Below, piece after piece: positions 1-12,900 of a stretch of 64,000 nt of DNA. Origin of the DNA: Blastocladiella emersonii ATCC 22665 (Eukaryota > Fungi > Blastocladiomycota); the NCBI GenBank assembly GCA_025594325.1, contig JANHCV010000004.1, positions 434,001-498,000 of the forward strand. The letters are read 5' to 3'. Within the stretch, counting starts at the first letter, position 1. Every line of letters starts with the position of its first letter. Made by a program: the position numbers and the translations under genes. The notes beneath the pieces are model-generated. The model had not been told where the DNA came from, ran no database searches, and was given only the letters and a program-made list of their open reading frames with translations.

Positions 1-1
1 C

Positions 2-1093
2 GGCTTCCAGGTCATCATCTTCTTCCTCAAGCGCGAGTGGCAGATGATCGGCTGGATGCTCATCTACATCATCGCCATCCCCGTCTTCTCCGGCATGATC
101 CCGATTTACTCGGTACGATTCTCATCTTTTTTTTCTCGCCCGTCCTCCGCATCGCACGCTTGTCGCGACCTACACCGTCCCCGCGGTCTACTTCCCTACC
201 CTCTCTCGCATTCCCTGTTCCCTCCGCCGTCCCCACGCTCGCCCCGGTCCTCGCACTCGTCGCCGTCCATCGCCGTCCATCGCCGCATTTTCTTTCGCCC
301 GTCCTCGACCTCGCGGCCGGGAGTGACGTCACTGTGGCGCGGGTGAGTCACTGGTCGGGGTGACTTCAACTTCGCGAACTTTTCACTTCTCTCGACTCCC
401 CCGACCTCCCCTCGCACGCTACTAACACTCTACTACCCTCCCGTATAGTTCTGGAGGCAAGACGACGCCTCTTGGGGCTCGACGCGCATTGTCGTTGGCG
501 CGGACGGCAAGAAGATCGCAGTGGCCGCCGACTCCGCCGAGAAATTCGACATTTCCATGATCCCGCACCGCCGCTGGTCCGAGTACGAGTCCGAGGTGCT
601 GCACGAGGGCGCCGCGCGCCACCCGATGGAGGGCTCGCAGTACGGCAGCGGCGACGACCTGTATTTCGACTCGCGTTCGGCCGGTTCGGCCGCGGGCGGC
701 GCTGGCGGCGTGTTCCGCCGGTCGACGGTCCAGTCGTCGGCGACGTTCGGCGGCATGAGCGCGGCCACGTTCGGCAACGCCGCCGCGGGTGCCGAGGACC
801 TCAAGCGCAACAACACGACGCGCACCACGGGCATGGACTCGATCCTCCAGCTGTACCTGCCGCAGACGCCGCCGCCGGCGGCCGTCGGCAGCGGTGCCGC
901 GGCGACGGGCTTCCCGACCGACGCCGAGATCTACGCCGAGGTGCAGCGCATCCTCGCGACGGCCAACCTCATGACGGTCACCAAGAAGCAGGTCCGCGAC
1001 GAGGTGTCGGCGCTCTTCAACGTCGACCTCACGCCGCGCAAGGACTTTATCAACCAGTGCATCGCCGATGTCCTGTCGTCCGGCCAGCAGTAG
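2..1093 (+). CDS. CHS: Chitin synthase, class V/VII-type with C-terminal DEK_C domain; 3' end only, gene starts left of the window. Exons <2-112 and 449-1093
   Basis: Spliced reading [37 protein letters not shown]|[13 protein letters not shown] matches the chitin synthase C-terminal 'FWxxDDFSWGxTR' motif. Intron 113-448 has GTACGA donor, ACTAAC branch (421-426) and TAG acceptor. The C-terminus [32 protein letters not shown]...RKDFIN is a DEK_C domain. Confidence 0.93.
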
Positions 1094-1234
1094 TTTGCGA
1101 GGCGAGCCGTGTCTCACCCGCTTGCGCTCTCTCCCCCGTTGTTTCGTTCTCTCTCCCGTTCATCCCTCCCTCCATTCTGTAGTCCAATATAGCACGTCGC
1201 ATCCTCTGTTCACTCTACTCCCTCTGTGTCGCTC

Positions 1235-2270
1235 TCGACTTTGTGCGCGTTCGCCCACGAGCACTAGCTCGCTCGGCCACGACTCCCAGCCTGGCCCAAC
1301 TGCTGCTCACTGCGGCGAGTGGGCCGACCTCGCCTATGACCAAGTTCCCTTGCTGCGACTGCGCCTCGTGGGCAGCGCGACCGCACTTCCGCTCTCAACA
1401 CAAGTCGACCTCCCGCTTCGATCATGGATACACTTGATGCAAAGTACTCGATCTTTGGACACGCGTGAGGCGCCGCGTGGCGTTGGCGAGCGCCGTCGCG
1501 CGACGGCGGCCCAGGCGTCCGACCTCGCTCGCCCGCCCGCCCGCCGTCTTACGCGATCCGATATATCGGCCAGGACAAACGGGCGCAGCGTTCCATTTGA
1601 ATGAACGTGACAACATAACTGATGCGGAGGATATGAATCTCAGCCGCCACCACGGTCTTGGAGGTGACCATGGCCGTGGTGGCCACGATGGCCATCGTCG
1701 CGATAGGTGGTACGCTTGTAAATTCCACTTACAGGCACGTCTGCGGGTTTTTTTTTTGAGGGCAAGATCTTGCCTCGTAAGCAAGTGGACTGGCCGTAAC
1801 TCAAACCGAAAAACGGTGCGGGTTGGACTTGATGAAGTTCTCGCGCGCCATCTCCAAGTGTGAACGCCGCCCGTGAACAATGCTAATGTAGCTTTGCTTG
1901 TGGTGTGCTGAGATACTCGCGGTAACGGCGAATGAAGATCGTGAGGTCGGTGGGCGCTCAGAGAGCAGTGACGGCGGGCGGGCGAGCGAGGTCGGACGCC
2001 TGGGCCGCCGTCGCGCGACGGCGCTCGCCAACGCCACGCGGCGCCTCACGCGTGTCCAAAGATCGAGTACTTTGCATCAAGTGTATCCATGATCGAAGCG
2101 GGAGGTCGATTTGTGTTGAGAGCGGAAGTGCGGTCGCGCTGCCCACGAGGCGCAGTCGCAGCAAGGGAACTTGGTCACAGGCGAGGTCGGCCCACTCGCC
2201 GCAGTGAGCAGCAGTGGGGGAGTCGTGGCCGAGCGAGCTCGTGCTCGTGGGCGAACGTGTGCAAGGTCGA
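1235..2270. repeat. Foldback inverted repeat with ~300-bp arms (1235-1548 and 1970-2270) and a ~420-bp spacer
   Basis: ORF 1068..1604(+) and ORF 1958..2287(-) translate almost identically over ~95 aa. The arms differ by a few substitutions and short indels. Confidence 0.92.
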
Positions 2271-3093
2271 TGCTGTCTCGTTTTCACCGTCTTGAGCTGT
2301 CCCTAACAAAATCAAGCGCGAGGCTTCATCTGCTTTGGCCAGCGGATTTTGCAACGGTCTCGCCGAGCTGCGCCCCGGACGCAACCAGGTTCGCGCTCTA
2401 TCGCCGCCAGGCTGCTCGGACCCCTGCACCCAACGCTACCGACGCTGCACAGGCCCGCGAGCCGGGCAGGGATGACGCGACGATCAAAACACGTGTGTGG
2501 CGTAGCGTTAATCCTGCATCCCGCTTCGCCGCGACCGGTCCTCGCCGTGTCAAGTCAATCATCTCATCGCTGTTCCCCGCTAAGGAATGGGAAATGACTA
2601 ATGGCTACAGTCGCCGGTATCGTCCTGACACGCTTCGCGGGCCGCGTCACAATCTTGCTCGAGCAGCTGATTATGCTGCCGTTCACGCATTCGCATTCGC
2701 ATTCGCATCCCAGCGATCAAGAGGTTGTCGCGAGCTTGCTGTATCAGAGATCATCACCGACACGACGCACTGGTTGCCTCGATGCCCAGCAAGTGTCAAG
2801 GAGCGATATATCAAGAGGCTGCAAAGTCTAATGCAACATGTTGGAGACCGGCGGAGCGAGCGCGAAGTCGCGTCGCTCCTGCAGCGAGAGATGTTGCGCC
2901 AGCCGACTCTGACCAAGCCCGCGCGCGATCTCTCAACTGCTGGCAGCGAAACCCGCAGCGGGCATGTGCGCAGCGTGCAACCGCTCCCCACCGTATACGC
3001 GTCGCGCCCATCACTCCTGATGCATGACTTGGGGCCACACAATCATCTAAGCAAACGCAACACATGTTCAACGAACGAATAGGTTGCGCACGC

Positions 3094-3821
3094 TCAGAGC
3101 TTGGGCGCCGGCCGCTGCTTGGACGCGAATGCGCCGCCAACAAACTTGGTGTGGCGGCCCGATGCGACGAGCGCGCCGGTGCTCGCGACCACGAGCTGAG
3201 CGCGCGTGAAGGCGAGGTTGGCGCCGACGCGCTCGACCTCGGCGAAGATGTGCACGGTCTGGCCGACCTGCGCCGGGTTCACGTACGACACGGAGAGCTC
3301 GGCCGACATGCCGCTCGTCGGGTGGCCTGCGCGGTGTACAGTCAGCGGTTGACGCGAGTGAAGGGTGGACCAGAGCGAAGCGGTTGACGCGAGTGAAGGG
3401 TGGACCAGAGCGAAGCGTCGTACCCGCCTCGCTGACAGCGATGCTCGTCACCACGTCGACCAGAGTCGCAGCTACGCCGCCGTGGAGCGTGTGCCACGAG
3501 TTCTGTTTTCACACGCGCGTGGCTCGTCAGCCGACACGCGGGAGGCGCGACGCGGGCGTGGGAACGCGCACCGTGTGCTCCGGCTTGACGACGAGCTCCG
3601 CGACCAGCGTGGCCTTGCTGGCGTCGAAGCCGAGGTACTTGAGCTGTTGCGAGCGGTCAGCATCTCGCGGCTCACGAGGATGCGTCGCAGCAGCATACGT
3701 CTTTCAGGGCGTGGTGGTTGAACCCGTTCTGCCCGACAAAGGCGGCCAGCGCGTCGGCGTGCTGAAGGGGCTCGAGCGTGTAGTCGGCGACCTTGGGCGT
3801 GGGAATAGCAAGAATCGGCAT
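3094..3821 (-). CDS. Hotdog-fold acyl-CoA thioesterase (PaaI/ACOT13-like), 4 exons
   Basis: Spliced product MPILAIPTPKV...ALKD|LKYLGFD...PEHT|NSWHTLHGGVAATLVDVVTSIAVSEAG|HPTSGMSAELSVSYVNPAQVG...ASGRHTKF. The N-x3-LHGG...D motif, S-x-ELSVSY and GRHTK are typical of the family. Three GT-AG introns. Confidence 0.88.
3345..3417. repeat. Perfect 35-bp tandem duplication inside thioesterase intron 3
   Basis: GCGGTTGACGCGAGTGAAGGGTGGACCAGAGCGAA occurs at 3345-3379 and 3380-3414. Confidence 0.95.
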
Positions 3822-4523
3822 GGTGAATCTCTAGCAGATGCAGCAATACATGGGCTCACAGAGCGGCGGTCGAGGGAGAGAGCGAGGACCGCGCGCGGGC
3901 GGCCGAGCCGAGAAAGCCGAGCGGCGCCGCCGACGTGCTGCGAACTGCCGCAGCCCCCGCTCCCTTCGCGACGAGCTCCCCCTCCACGCTCGCGCTCTCG
4001 GACGTGATAGCTTGATGCAAACATGTATACTGCCGCATGTAATCGGTCTCGCGGCGCCTTGCCTCGGGAACCGGGTGTGTCCCAGCTCGCTGTCCCTCGA
4101 GGGCACGTTTGTTCGAGGACCCGGTCCCGCTTCGTGGCAAGCGCTTCGGAGAGACCTTGTTGTAACAAGGACAGTCTTCGAGGACGCGCTGCGTCACAGC
4201 GTGATGCGTTACAGCTCGAAACCGCTGCGTATCCTGAACGACGCGGTACTCGTCGCCGCGCGGGTCGAGACCTCGGTTATCTGGGAAAGGAGCCCTCCTT
4301 CAAGCGCTCGCTTCTCCTGGCGCTTCCAGTTTGGAAAACTCACAACAGCGCGTCCGCCCGCAGTGAGAGGAACCCGCAACGGCCGCTCTGGCTCGCATTT
4401 TCGTGCGGGTCGGATCGGTGTTTCGTGCTGAACGACGCCGGCCAAGCGCGACGCGGTGCGATAGCGATGACAGGGAGCCACACAGACGTGAACATAAACG
4501 GCGACGCGCGCGAAACCACTGGC

Positions 4524-4790
4524 CCGTTGCCGCGGAAGCACGACGGCACCGCCGGCGAGGCGGTCGAGGAATTCGTCGCACGCTGGACGAGTGGGAGCGC
4601 ATGCCACGGGCTGCCGGTTGGGGTTACGCTGACATGGTCTTGCTGGATACCTGTCGCTGGGTCGAAGGAGCTGCGGCACGGCCGGCGAAGCCGATCGCAC
4701 GGCCGCGACGGAATCACGGAGCGACGAGCCAGACGTCCCCGTGCCTGGAACGACGGTTCTCCAGCATGCTGGTGTCTGTCGCTACCCGAT
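4524..4790 (+). mobile_element. Possible decayed Ty3/Gypsy-like gag fragment
   Basis: With one frameshift it reads LPRKHDGTAGEAVEEFV/LDEWERMPRAAGWGYADMVLLDTCRWVEGAAAR...CLERRF. This resembles the capsid pattern 'xDG...F...E....aaGW...l.G.A..W...L.xRF'. No pol or LTR was seen. Confidence 0.35.
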
Positions 4791-6699
4791 ATCACGTCGC
4801 GGACGGCACGATACTGGGCCGTCGAGCGCGTGTGCGTTGGGACCGTCCGAGGGGTCGCGGCCATCACGGGCTGCATCGCGTAGGGCAGGCCTCGGCGGAG
4901 GCAGCGCTCATCGAACGCAGATGAAAGCGAGCTGGTGTTCTTCCAAGGTTGGCGCAGGGGATCGATGGGACCTGAACGGAGGATAGGCGCGCGAATCAGG
5001 AGCGTGAATCAAGAGAAGTTCTGGGGTGCGCGCCTCGGAATGGGAGTCAAGGAGTCGCGCTTGGGGTGGCGGTCCCAGATGCAGCACGCAGCTGTTGGCG
5101 GCCCCCGCGTTCGCGTGCGCCTGGATCCAATCGCGGGAGTGACCATGAGGGACGCGCGATCGCGCTCCGGACTACCCGCGGGCGCTCGCGGAGTGAAGTG
5201 CAATGCGCTCACGTCGTCCGCCTCGATGGTTAGCCTACAGCAGCAGGTCGCGGCAGCAAGACCTATATGAGAATGCTGTGATTGTGTTGTACTAGCAGCG
5301 ATAGCGGTGGAGCCATGAGACCAGCAGACTGCTCGATGGCCACTAGAGGAACCTGCTGGCCTGAGCGCGCGGTCAGCATTCCTGTGAACGTTCGCGGGTC
5401 ATGCATGATCTGGCGCGGTGCCCAATCAGCACAGCGAGAACTCCGATCGAGCCACTCGGAAGGTGAGCGCAAGGCGAGCGGCGACGCGCTGCGCCACGCG
5501 GGCACGGCAACATGTGATGGCCGCGGCTCCGAGTCCCACCGCACCTCCCGCCAAGCAACGACCGAGGTCTCCCCTCCCGCTCTCTTGTATCGCGGCCGGC
5601 TTCCATGTATCTGCAATCTGGCACTCCCTGCAATGACCTTCAAACCATGAACTCATTCCGCCAAGCTGGTCCCATCGACGCCGCGGACCAACTCGCGGTC
5701 GGCGCTCTCCCCCGCCGATCGAAGCGGCCGTGGCCTGCCCTTTGCACCGGACCGTGTGCTTTACGAGATAACGTATAGCGTGTGAGAGTTTGACCATTGA
5801 GTGGTCTTGAGGGCCGTTCGTGCAGAGTCGTGTACATGCGCCAGGTTGTGTGTCGTCCGCCAAGTGCCTGCCCGAGCTATCGGCGCGATTGCGAGCTCGA
5901 TACTTGCTTTGCCCGCTCGATGCCAGCATAGGTTCCGACGCGTCGCTCGCTGCCCTTTGCGGTCAACACTAACTCGTGCGTCGAGCCGCCGTCGCGTTCC
6001 TTGCGTCGACCCTGCACTGGTCGCAGCGGTGATGCCGTACAGTCGGTCAAACGATGGCTCGAACCCGCTGAGTGGGCGCCCGAGGAGGGTGCCCTGTCCC
6101 GCGTCATCGACCGCGGCTGACCCGGCGTGCGGCGTGTGCAACGTCGGGCTGCTGCGCGTCGGCGCGCGCAAGTGCGAGGACGGGCTGCTGCGCGTCGGCG
6201 CGCCAACCACGTCGCCCACGTCGTCGTCTTGCATTTGCTGAATGCACGGCCGCCGTTCATGCAAACGGTCAAGCTGTTCGCGAGATATGCGGACCGCACG
6301 CACGCGAGTTGGTTGCGAACTGGCAGTAGACGCGGGCTTCGTACTGATTAAGCTGTGCTTGATGTCGAGCGCAGAGCTGGTCAGTAGCACCACTAGCACG
6401 CGGACACGGCCGGACGTGGTCCTCCTCACGACAGATGCAGAGTGCAACGTTGCGCAGTCATTGGACGGCGGGATCGTGGAAAGCGACGGTGATCCCGCGA
6501 GATGGCAAGCGAGTAAATTGAAGCTTTCTCACCTTGAAGTCGTCCGACTTGATGGTAAATCCGGGTTGGACGCGATCGTATCACCTTCAGGAGCGCGATG
6601 CGCCACACGGGAGCCGCAGCCGCTGGACCCGGCGCCATTTTCTCACTCGCTACTTACTCTTGGTTCGCAAAGAAACAGCTGGATATACATTGTTCATCG

Positions 6700-9600
6700 T
6701 CATGACGTTCTCGCCTTGCGCAGCCCACCGACCGGTTCCCCTGCTCCGTGATCGCTCGCGTCCGCGAACCACATGACGGCGCCGCTGCCCGTCTCCGGCT
6801 CGCTGCCCGCGGTGGACTCGCGGCGGCTGTCCGCAGCACTGCCGAGCGCGCCACGCAAGCTGGAACGACTTGGAGGCCGCAGCGACCGCGATGCCGACGC
6901 TGACGATCCGAGGTATGGGTGGAACCGCGCGGCGGACGCGAACGACTCGCGGTCGCAGCGGGTTGATGAAGCCGCGGAGTTGGGCGAGGACGGAAAGAAA
7001 ATCGGCGAGGATACTGCGGGGAGTAGCGGAGCTGCGGGCGCGTGGAATGGCAGGGGCGGCGGCGGCGGGAGCAGGTCGAGTAGTGACGGCGCGGGCTCGG
7101 CGTGCGGGGACGCGAGCAGCAGCCACGAGTCAAACCCGTACTGGTCGCCAGAACTCGGCACAAACGACGGAGCGACTGCAGACGCGGTGGCCGAGGAGGC
7201 AATCAACGCCGCGCGCGCATCGGCCAACGCGACGCGCTCGGAGCCGGCGCCCAAGTCCCACGAACGGGGGCGCGCGGCGGCCACATCCGCGGTCCGGTGC
7301 GGTGAAGCGGGTGCGGTTGATGATTGGAACCGGGGCGCGCGGCCGTGCGAGTGTTTGGTGCGACTCGGCTGCACAGGCGCGAGCCCGCCGTACGGCTGCG
7401 GCGCGAGGTGGAGCGCATTGAGCCCGCCCGCGAGACTGGTTCCCGCGCTGCTCGCGGCCGTGTGCTGCGGGTGCCCGAGCGCATAGGCGGCGGATCTCGG
7501 GTCGATGGAGCCGGACCGCGCGCTACGTGATGCATGCGAGCGGGCGCGGTGGAGTCAGCGAGAGGTCGAATCGGAGGGATGGGTGAAGCATGGCAGGGAG
7601 CGGCCCCCGGTCCGATCGCGGCCGTCCGGCCACCGGCGCCGGCACGCGAAAAAGCGGAGTCAAGGGGGCGGCGGGCGGTGGCGGCGACAAGCCCGAAATG
7701 GGGGCATCCGGGACCGCGCACGCGTTCAGCCCGCTGTACGCGCCGTGGCTGGAGAGTGTTCGCGAACGTTCCCCTGCGACCCACACCACGCCGCGATCGC
7801 GGGGCCGCGCACAAGGGACGCTCACGCGAGGGGAACACGCGGAAGCGATCAAGTGAAAGAAACGTACCTCGCGAGCGAATCGGCCGCACTCGTCGGTGCC
7901 GCAGCCGAAAATGCAGGTACCGCGAGCCGGCCAGACGCTGCCGCCGCGTGCGATAGAGACGGCCCGGCGACCACGTCCGCAGCGCGCGCGGGCGACTCTT
8001 CGTTCCGCGACGGCTGCTGGCTCGTCTCGTTCGCAAGCAGCGCGATAGCCGCGAGAATCTCGGAGTCGCCGTTGCCGCCACCCGTCGCATCCCGGTCGGC
8101 GCCCGATGCGTTGCCGTCTGCTTGAACGTTCCACGCGGTAGTCAACGGTCCGCCGAGGGCAAAGAACGTGGCCGGGTCGAGCGGGTTCGACGGCGGCAGA
8201 TCCAGTGTCGCCGCGTGCGGCGCGATGGCCGCCGAGTCCCACAACGAGTTCGCTGCTGCGGGCGGCAGAGCCGCCGTGGGAACGGGTGCGAGTTGGTGGT
8301 ACTGCGCGACCGCCGGCATCGCGTTCGGGTGGTGAAACGGAGCGTGACGCGCGGAACCGGTTGCAGCGTACGCGCCGTTGTGATGATGGAAGTGCACGGC
8401 CGGCGATGACGCGCCGCCCAGATACGCGGGACCCGCACCGTTCGGTACTGACCCGTGGTCGTAGCCGTGCGCGCGCGCGTGCGGGAAGCCGCCGTACGCG
8501 GCCGAGTGAAGGCCGGGCGGCGGCGGCGGAATCAGGGCCGACGGCGGCCACGCGAGCGCGGGCGCGTGAGACTCGCCGGGTGCCTGCATCGTGCTACTGG
8601 GCGCGCCCGCGAACCCGTGCGTCGAGGCCTGCGGCGCCGATGGCGATGGCGGAGGCGGTGCAGCGGGCAAGTCGGCGAGATCCAAGTCGTGCTCGGCCGC
8701 GAGCAGCTCGGTCCAGTGGTCGGAGCCGGGCTCGCCCGACTGCATGGCCATGGTCATCATGACGTCGACATCGGGGTCGTTGCGCTGCGAGAGCAGCCGC
8801 CACGCGCACGACGGCTTGCCCTTGAGGTGTTTGACAAAGTGGTCGCTGGAGGGCACATCTTTCGTGAGATCAGGGCGCGTTCATAGCGGATCAGGGACAG
8901 TCGGCGGAGCGAGGCGGGCGGGCGGGTAGCTTTATAGGACCGCGCAGCTGCAGGGCTGTACTGTCCTCGCTCTGGACAAGTACAGGACAAAGCGACGCGA
9001 CACGAGCAGCAGCGGCGGGAGACGCGCGAGAAAGAAGATGATGATCAACGCACCGGCGGTTCGTGCGCGAGTGGCACGGCGCGGGACACATGAACGGGAG
9101 CGACTCGGGCGCGTGCTGCGTCTGGAAGTGCCGCGCGACGTCGTTGGACCGCTCGCGCTTGCTACACACGCGCGTGCAGCACGACGTCAGTCGGTCATGG
9201 CCGCGAACACGCTCCGGTCCACGTACAAACGCTGGCGGCATCCCGGGACCGGACACGCTGTGAGCCGCTGACGGTCGGCGCGCGACTCGAGGAGCAGGCA
9301 CCCGTCGGGCGTCACGCCGAATACGAGGTGCGGGTACGACGCGTGCAGCGCGAGGAGGGCGTCGCGGACTGGCATCGATGGTCGCCGCACGTCGCGTTAT
9401 TTGGGAGAGAGAAGGTGCGGACGGGGGTGGCGAGTCGCGTCGCGCCATACACGATCGATGGACATTCACCGCTCGCGGCGCATGGAGATCGCGTCCGCCG
9501 CGGAACAAGTGGTCGTCGGCGAGGGGATGACGCGCAAGTCGGAAGAGGGAGAGCGGGTTTCAGGGCCGCGGGCGGTGCGGAACGAAACCCGATGGTCCGC

Positions 9601-9941
9601 GACGGCGACGGCGGCAGCGAGCGAGAGAACAAGGCATTCCGAAGGCGAAGAACGTTTCGATCCCGCGCGGCGGTCGCCACAGGCGCGGGCACATGGACAC
9701 CACCAGCACGAACACGAGAAAAAGAAATCGCACCGCAAAGCGTGGGGCCAGCGCATACAACGAAAAATGGTCGACGGAGCGAGCGCGGACAGAAGCGAGA
9801 GAACACAGAACAAGCGAGCGGTCCGTCAGCACGCACGAACGCAGACGCCGCAGAGCCCGAATGAAGTAGAGGCGTACCGCGACCAAGGCGCTGAGCGCCC
9901 GTGGGCGGCTGGCCCGTCTCGATCGGAGAGCGGCGCGGCAT
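6700..9941 (-). CDS. C2H2 zinc-finger transcription factor A (~704 aa); exons 9941-9878, 9368-9227, 9161-9054, 8845-7868, 7522-6700
   Basis: Splicing at GT-AG sites assembles CPVPGCRQRF|KRERSNDVARHFQTQH-APESLPF-MCPAPCHSRTNR|RDHFVKHL. The exon sum of 2115 nt is in frame. A long Pro/Ala/His-rich tail follows, and there is a TATA-like TATAAG at 10114-10109. Confidence 0.8.
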
Positions 9942-12900
9942 CGCGATACGATACGGTGGCCGCGGCAGGGCGGACAGAGGTCGATTCGATCGGAGGCCGC
10001 GCGAGCAGCGGGATCGAGGAGCAGCCGAGGAGCGGGCGAGAGGGAGCGGGGGCCGGGCGCGACGGGTCGAGGGCAGCGGCGGCAGAAAAGCGAGGTCGCT
10101 TCGATCCACTTATATGGCGCGTCTCAGGACCGACGAGTGAAACAGTAGGACTGGACTGGGCTGGACTGGGCGGGAGAGATCGCAGGGTCGCGAGGCGAAG
10201 AGGCGAGAGAAGGGGCTGCGGCGGCGGGCGGGGCGGGAGGCGCCGAACGCTGGGGCGGGGGAGCGGCCGAGCAACGGGCAAGCGGGGCGAGCCTCCCAAC
10301 CCGAGACGCCCGACCGCCTGGCGGAAAGCTCGGCGGCCCCGATCAGGGTGATCCCGAACCGAACGGACGGCCGAACCAGCACGCACGAGCATTGCGCCAC
10401 ACCAGGTAGCAGTTCGGAACCCAGCTTCGAACCCAGCCGACCCGATCACCTCCCCACCACGACCCCGAAACGCCTTGGGGTTCTCAGCATCGCAATGGAC
10501 TGCATGAGCTGATCTTTCGCTGAAACGACCACGGTTGCAGTGCGAGCGCGGGATTTGTCAGGTGGTTCGCTCTCAAGCTGGATCAGATGAGAGCCGCGTC
10601 AAGGTGAGCCTCGGGTGACGGTGGGTGACAGCACCCGCAGCGTGGGAGCCGCGCGGGCGCGGGAAGCGGGAGGCGATGCGCGTTCTCTTGCGCAGTTGGA
10701 TCAGAGATTTTACTGGCCAGCGACAGGCAAGGGCGAGGGAATGGATGGGCGTGACAGGCCGTGATCGCGACCCCTGCACCGCGTTTGCGGTGCCTGGGCT
10801 AAGCTGGTCCATGAGAAAGCTGGGAAACCCCCGCAAACAAACGCTCCAGTTTTGTGGGAAGTGGATTTTTCGTGCGAGTCTCGCGTTTGATCGCAGGTGT
10901 GATGCGGTTCGCGCCCATCAGCGGTGATCTGGCGCTTGAAAGGGAGGGGCGAAAACGGTGATCAGCTCACCGGTTGCGGCGGTGCCGGCCGGCCATGGCC
11001 GTGGCCGTCGCCCACTCACTGTCACTCACCGCCACCACGGTCACCCACAACACTCTGACTTGACTGCAATTCATTCTCGCGCTTACACTGCTCATTGGCT
11101 TTTCAAAACCATCTTATTCTAAAAGAACATCGCCGGCTATCCAGGCTAGTTGTTTGCAATGGACAATTGGCAGGAGGCACGCTTGATCAAGCGCGTGCGC
11201 AACGTCCGTCCGCTTTTCTGGACGCAGTGATTCACGCAAACACTCCGGCTTTGGCATTGAAAGAACAGCGACAGCCATGGCCGTGACTGTTGCAGTCCAC
11301 AATATCAATCACAGCAGGAGTGGCGCGGGACACGTCAAGTGAGAGGGGATGCACAAGGCCAGCGGGCACGGCATGGAGAGTGAGCGTGTTGAGATCAACG
11401 TCAGTGACATGGAAGCTAATGTCACAAACCTGCAACGGGATCAGCACGACGCCGGCATCATCAGGCGTGACCGGCATACAAACAGTGGAGAACAGGGCCA
11501 CGATGGTGGCGTGAGGTTGGAATCGCACACAGGCGGCTTCCTGGCCATCATAAACGTGGCACACGTGTTCGACAAGTTGGTCAGGACTTGCTGGACTTCG
11601 TCGCATCACATTGAATGAGGGGGACATGTGGCAAAGTCTGGAGATCAAGGAGGGATCAAGGGCACCAGCAGGTTTCTCCACGCCAAGCGCGACAGGGCGC
11701 GCAAGTCTGGCAACGTGTCACCCGCGCACGCCGTCTTGAAGCATCGCGTTGCGCCGCTGCACCGCTGATTCATGACATGGTGAGGGAGTATCAGCTCGGG
11801 TAACGCGGCAACGCGAGCGAGCGAGGTATCGCTCAAGGGCAGCGTATGGCAGACAGATGATCAGGCGCGCGGTGTTGGCCACGCACTCCACAACCATGTT
11901 TCCACCAGCCGCAAGCATGCACCACAGGCCCGCGTGCGTGGTGAACATGTGGCCAATAAACGAGCAGACACGGCGCAATGAAACGCGCGTTTAGTTTAGC
12001 TGAGTACGTTCGCAAACCAAGGGATGAGCGGTGATTGAAACGGTCGCGTTGATCGGGGGTTGGGCAATAACTGGCCGCAAGGCAGCGTTGCAGTGTCAAG
12101 GAGGTCCCGGAACATCACTGATCAGCGCAGCACGCAGAGCGGTGACGGTGATGGTGGTCGGGAGGCGAACAGGCTGGCCGCGCGTCGCTTTGGGCCTCCA
12201 TCACACGCGCCATCACGTCCAGCCCGCTGCTTCCTGCGTCCCTGCGAGCTGCAACCAGACTGGACAACTGACCTTGTAAACGTCAGCAGGGTCTCTCAAC
12301 GAGGCGGAACAGTTTGTTCGATGGCCAAGAACGTTGAAGGGAGCGAACGGTGAAACGGGACGCGTTATTGGTCGCTTGGTCCAGCTCGTCCTGACCGTGC
12401 GATGCAGACTGAGCTCTTGGGTGGGCTGTCAAGCGCGTACGTAGACTTGGACAGCCGTCGATGCATCGCATTAATTGATTTGCAGAGCGTGGGTGATCCC
12501 GGACAAAAAAGAACAACTATAGCAGGTCTCTCTTCACTTTGTACGTTGGGAATGCGGCGGGCAGCTACCGATTCTGCATGCGTGCTTGCTCTCTTGCTTC
12601 TCCGCGCGCCGCGTCCTTGCAATTTGCACCCGTTTGCCACGCGGCATTTTTTATGCTCGCTACAAGGAAGCTCGCGACGATCCGAGTACTCATCAAGACA
12701 CTGCAAAGTTAATGAAGCGAGCGTGCCGTGCCGCAACTGTACTGCATCGGTTAATGCTGTCTCTCCATCGACAGGTTGCTCGCGGTTTAGACGCAGACCA
12801 TGACTGCCGGTGAAATGATGCGCGGCGCGAGACGGCGTGCGTGGCCGGGTGCAACGCGTGGTGAAACGCGTCTCGCACATTTCACGTGACTGTCTCTCGC

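Noticed and set aside
1426-1468. MDTLDAKYSIFGHA in the foldback arm resembles the cyclophilin 'LDGKYxIFG' motif
   Set aside because: No upstream NGSQFFIT-like sequence in any frame and it ends in an immediate stop; probably chance.
1829-1910. TGATGA...CTGA spaced like a box C/D snoRNA in the foldback spacer
   Set aside because: No terminal stem and no rRNA complementarity that I recognise.
2171-3082. 303-aa ORF with a helical-looking middle section
   Set aside because: No recognisable motif, weak codon bias and it starts inside the repeat arm; left unannotated.
5761-6447. 228-aa ORF containing a 23-bp direct repeat with a 36-nt period (6145-6167, 6181-6203)
   Set aside because: No family similarity; long ORFs arise by chance at this GC content.
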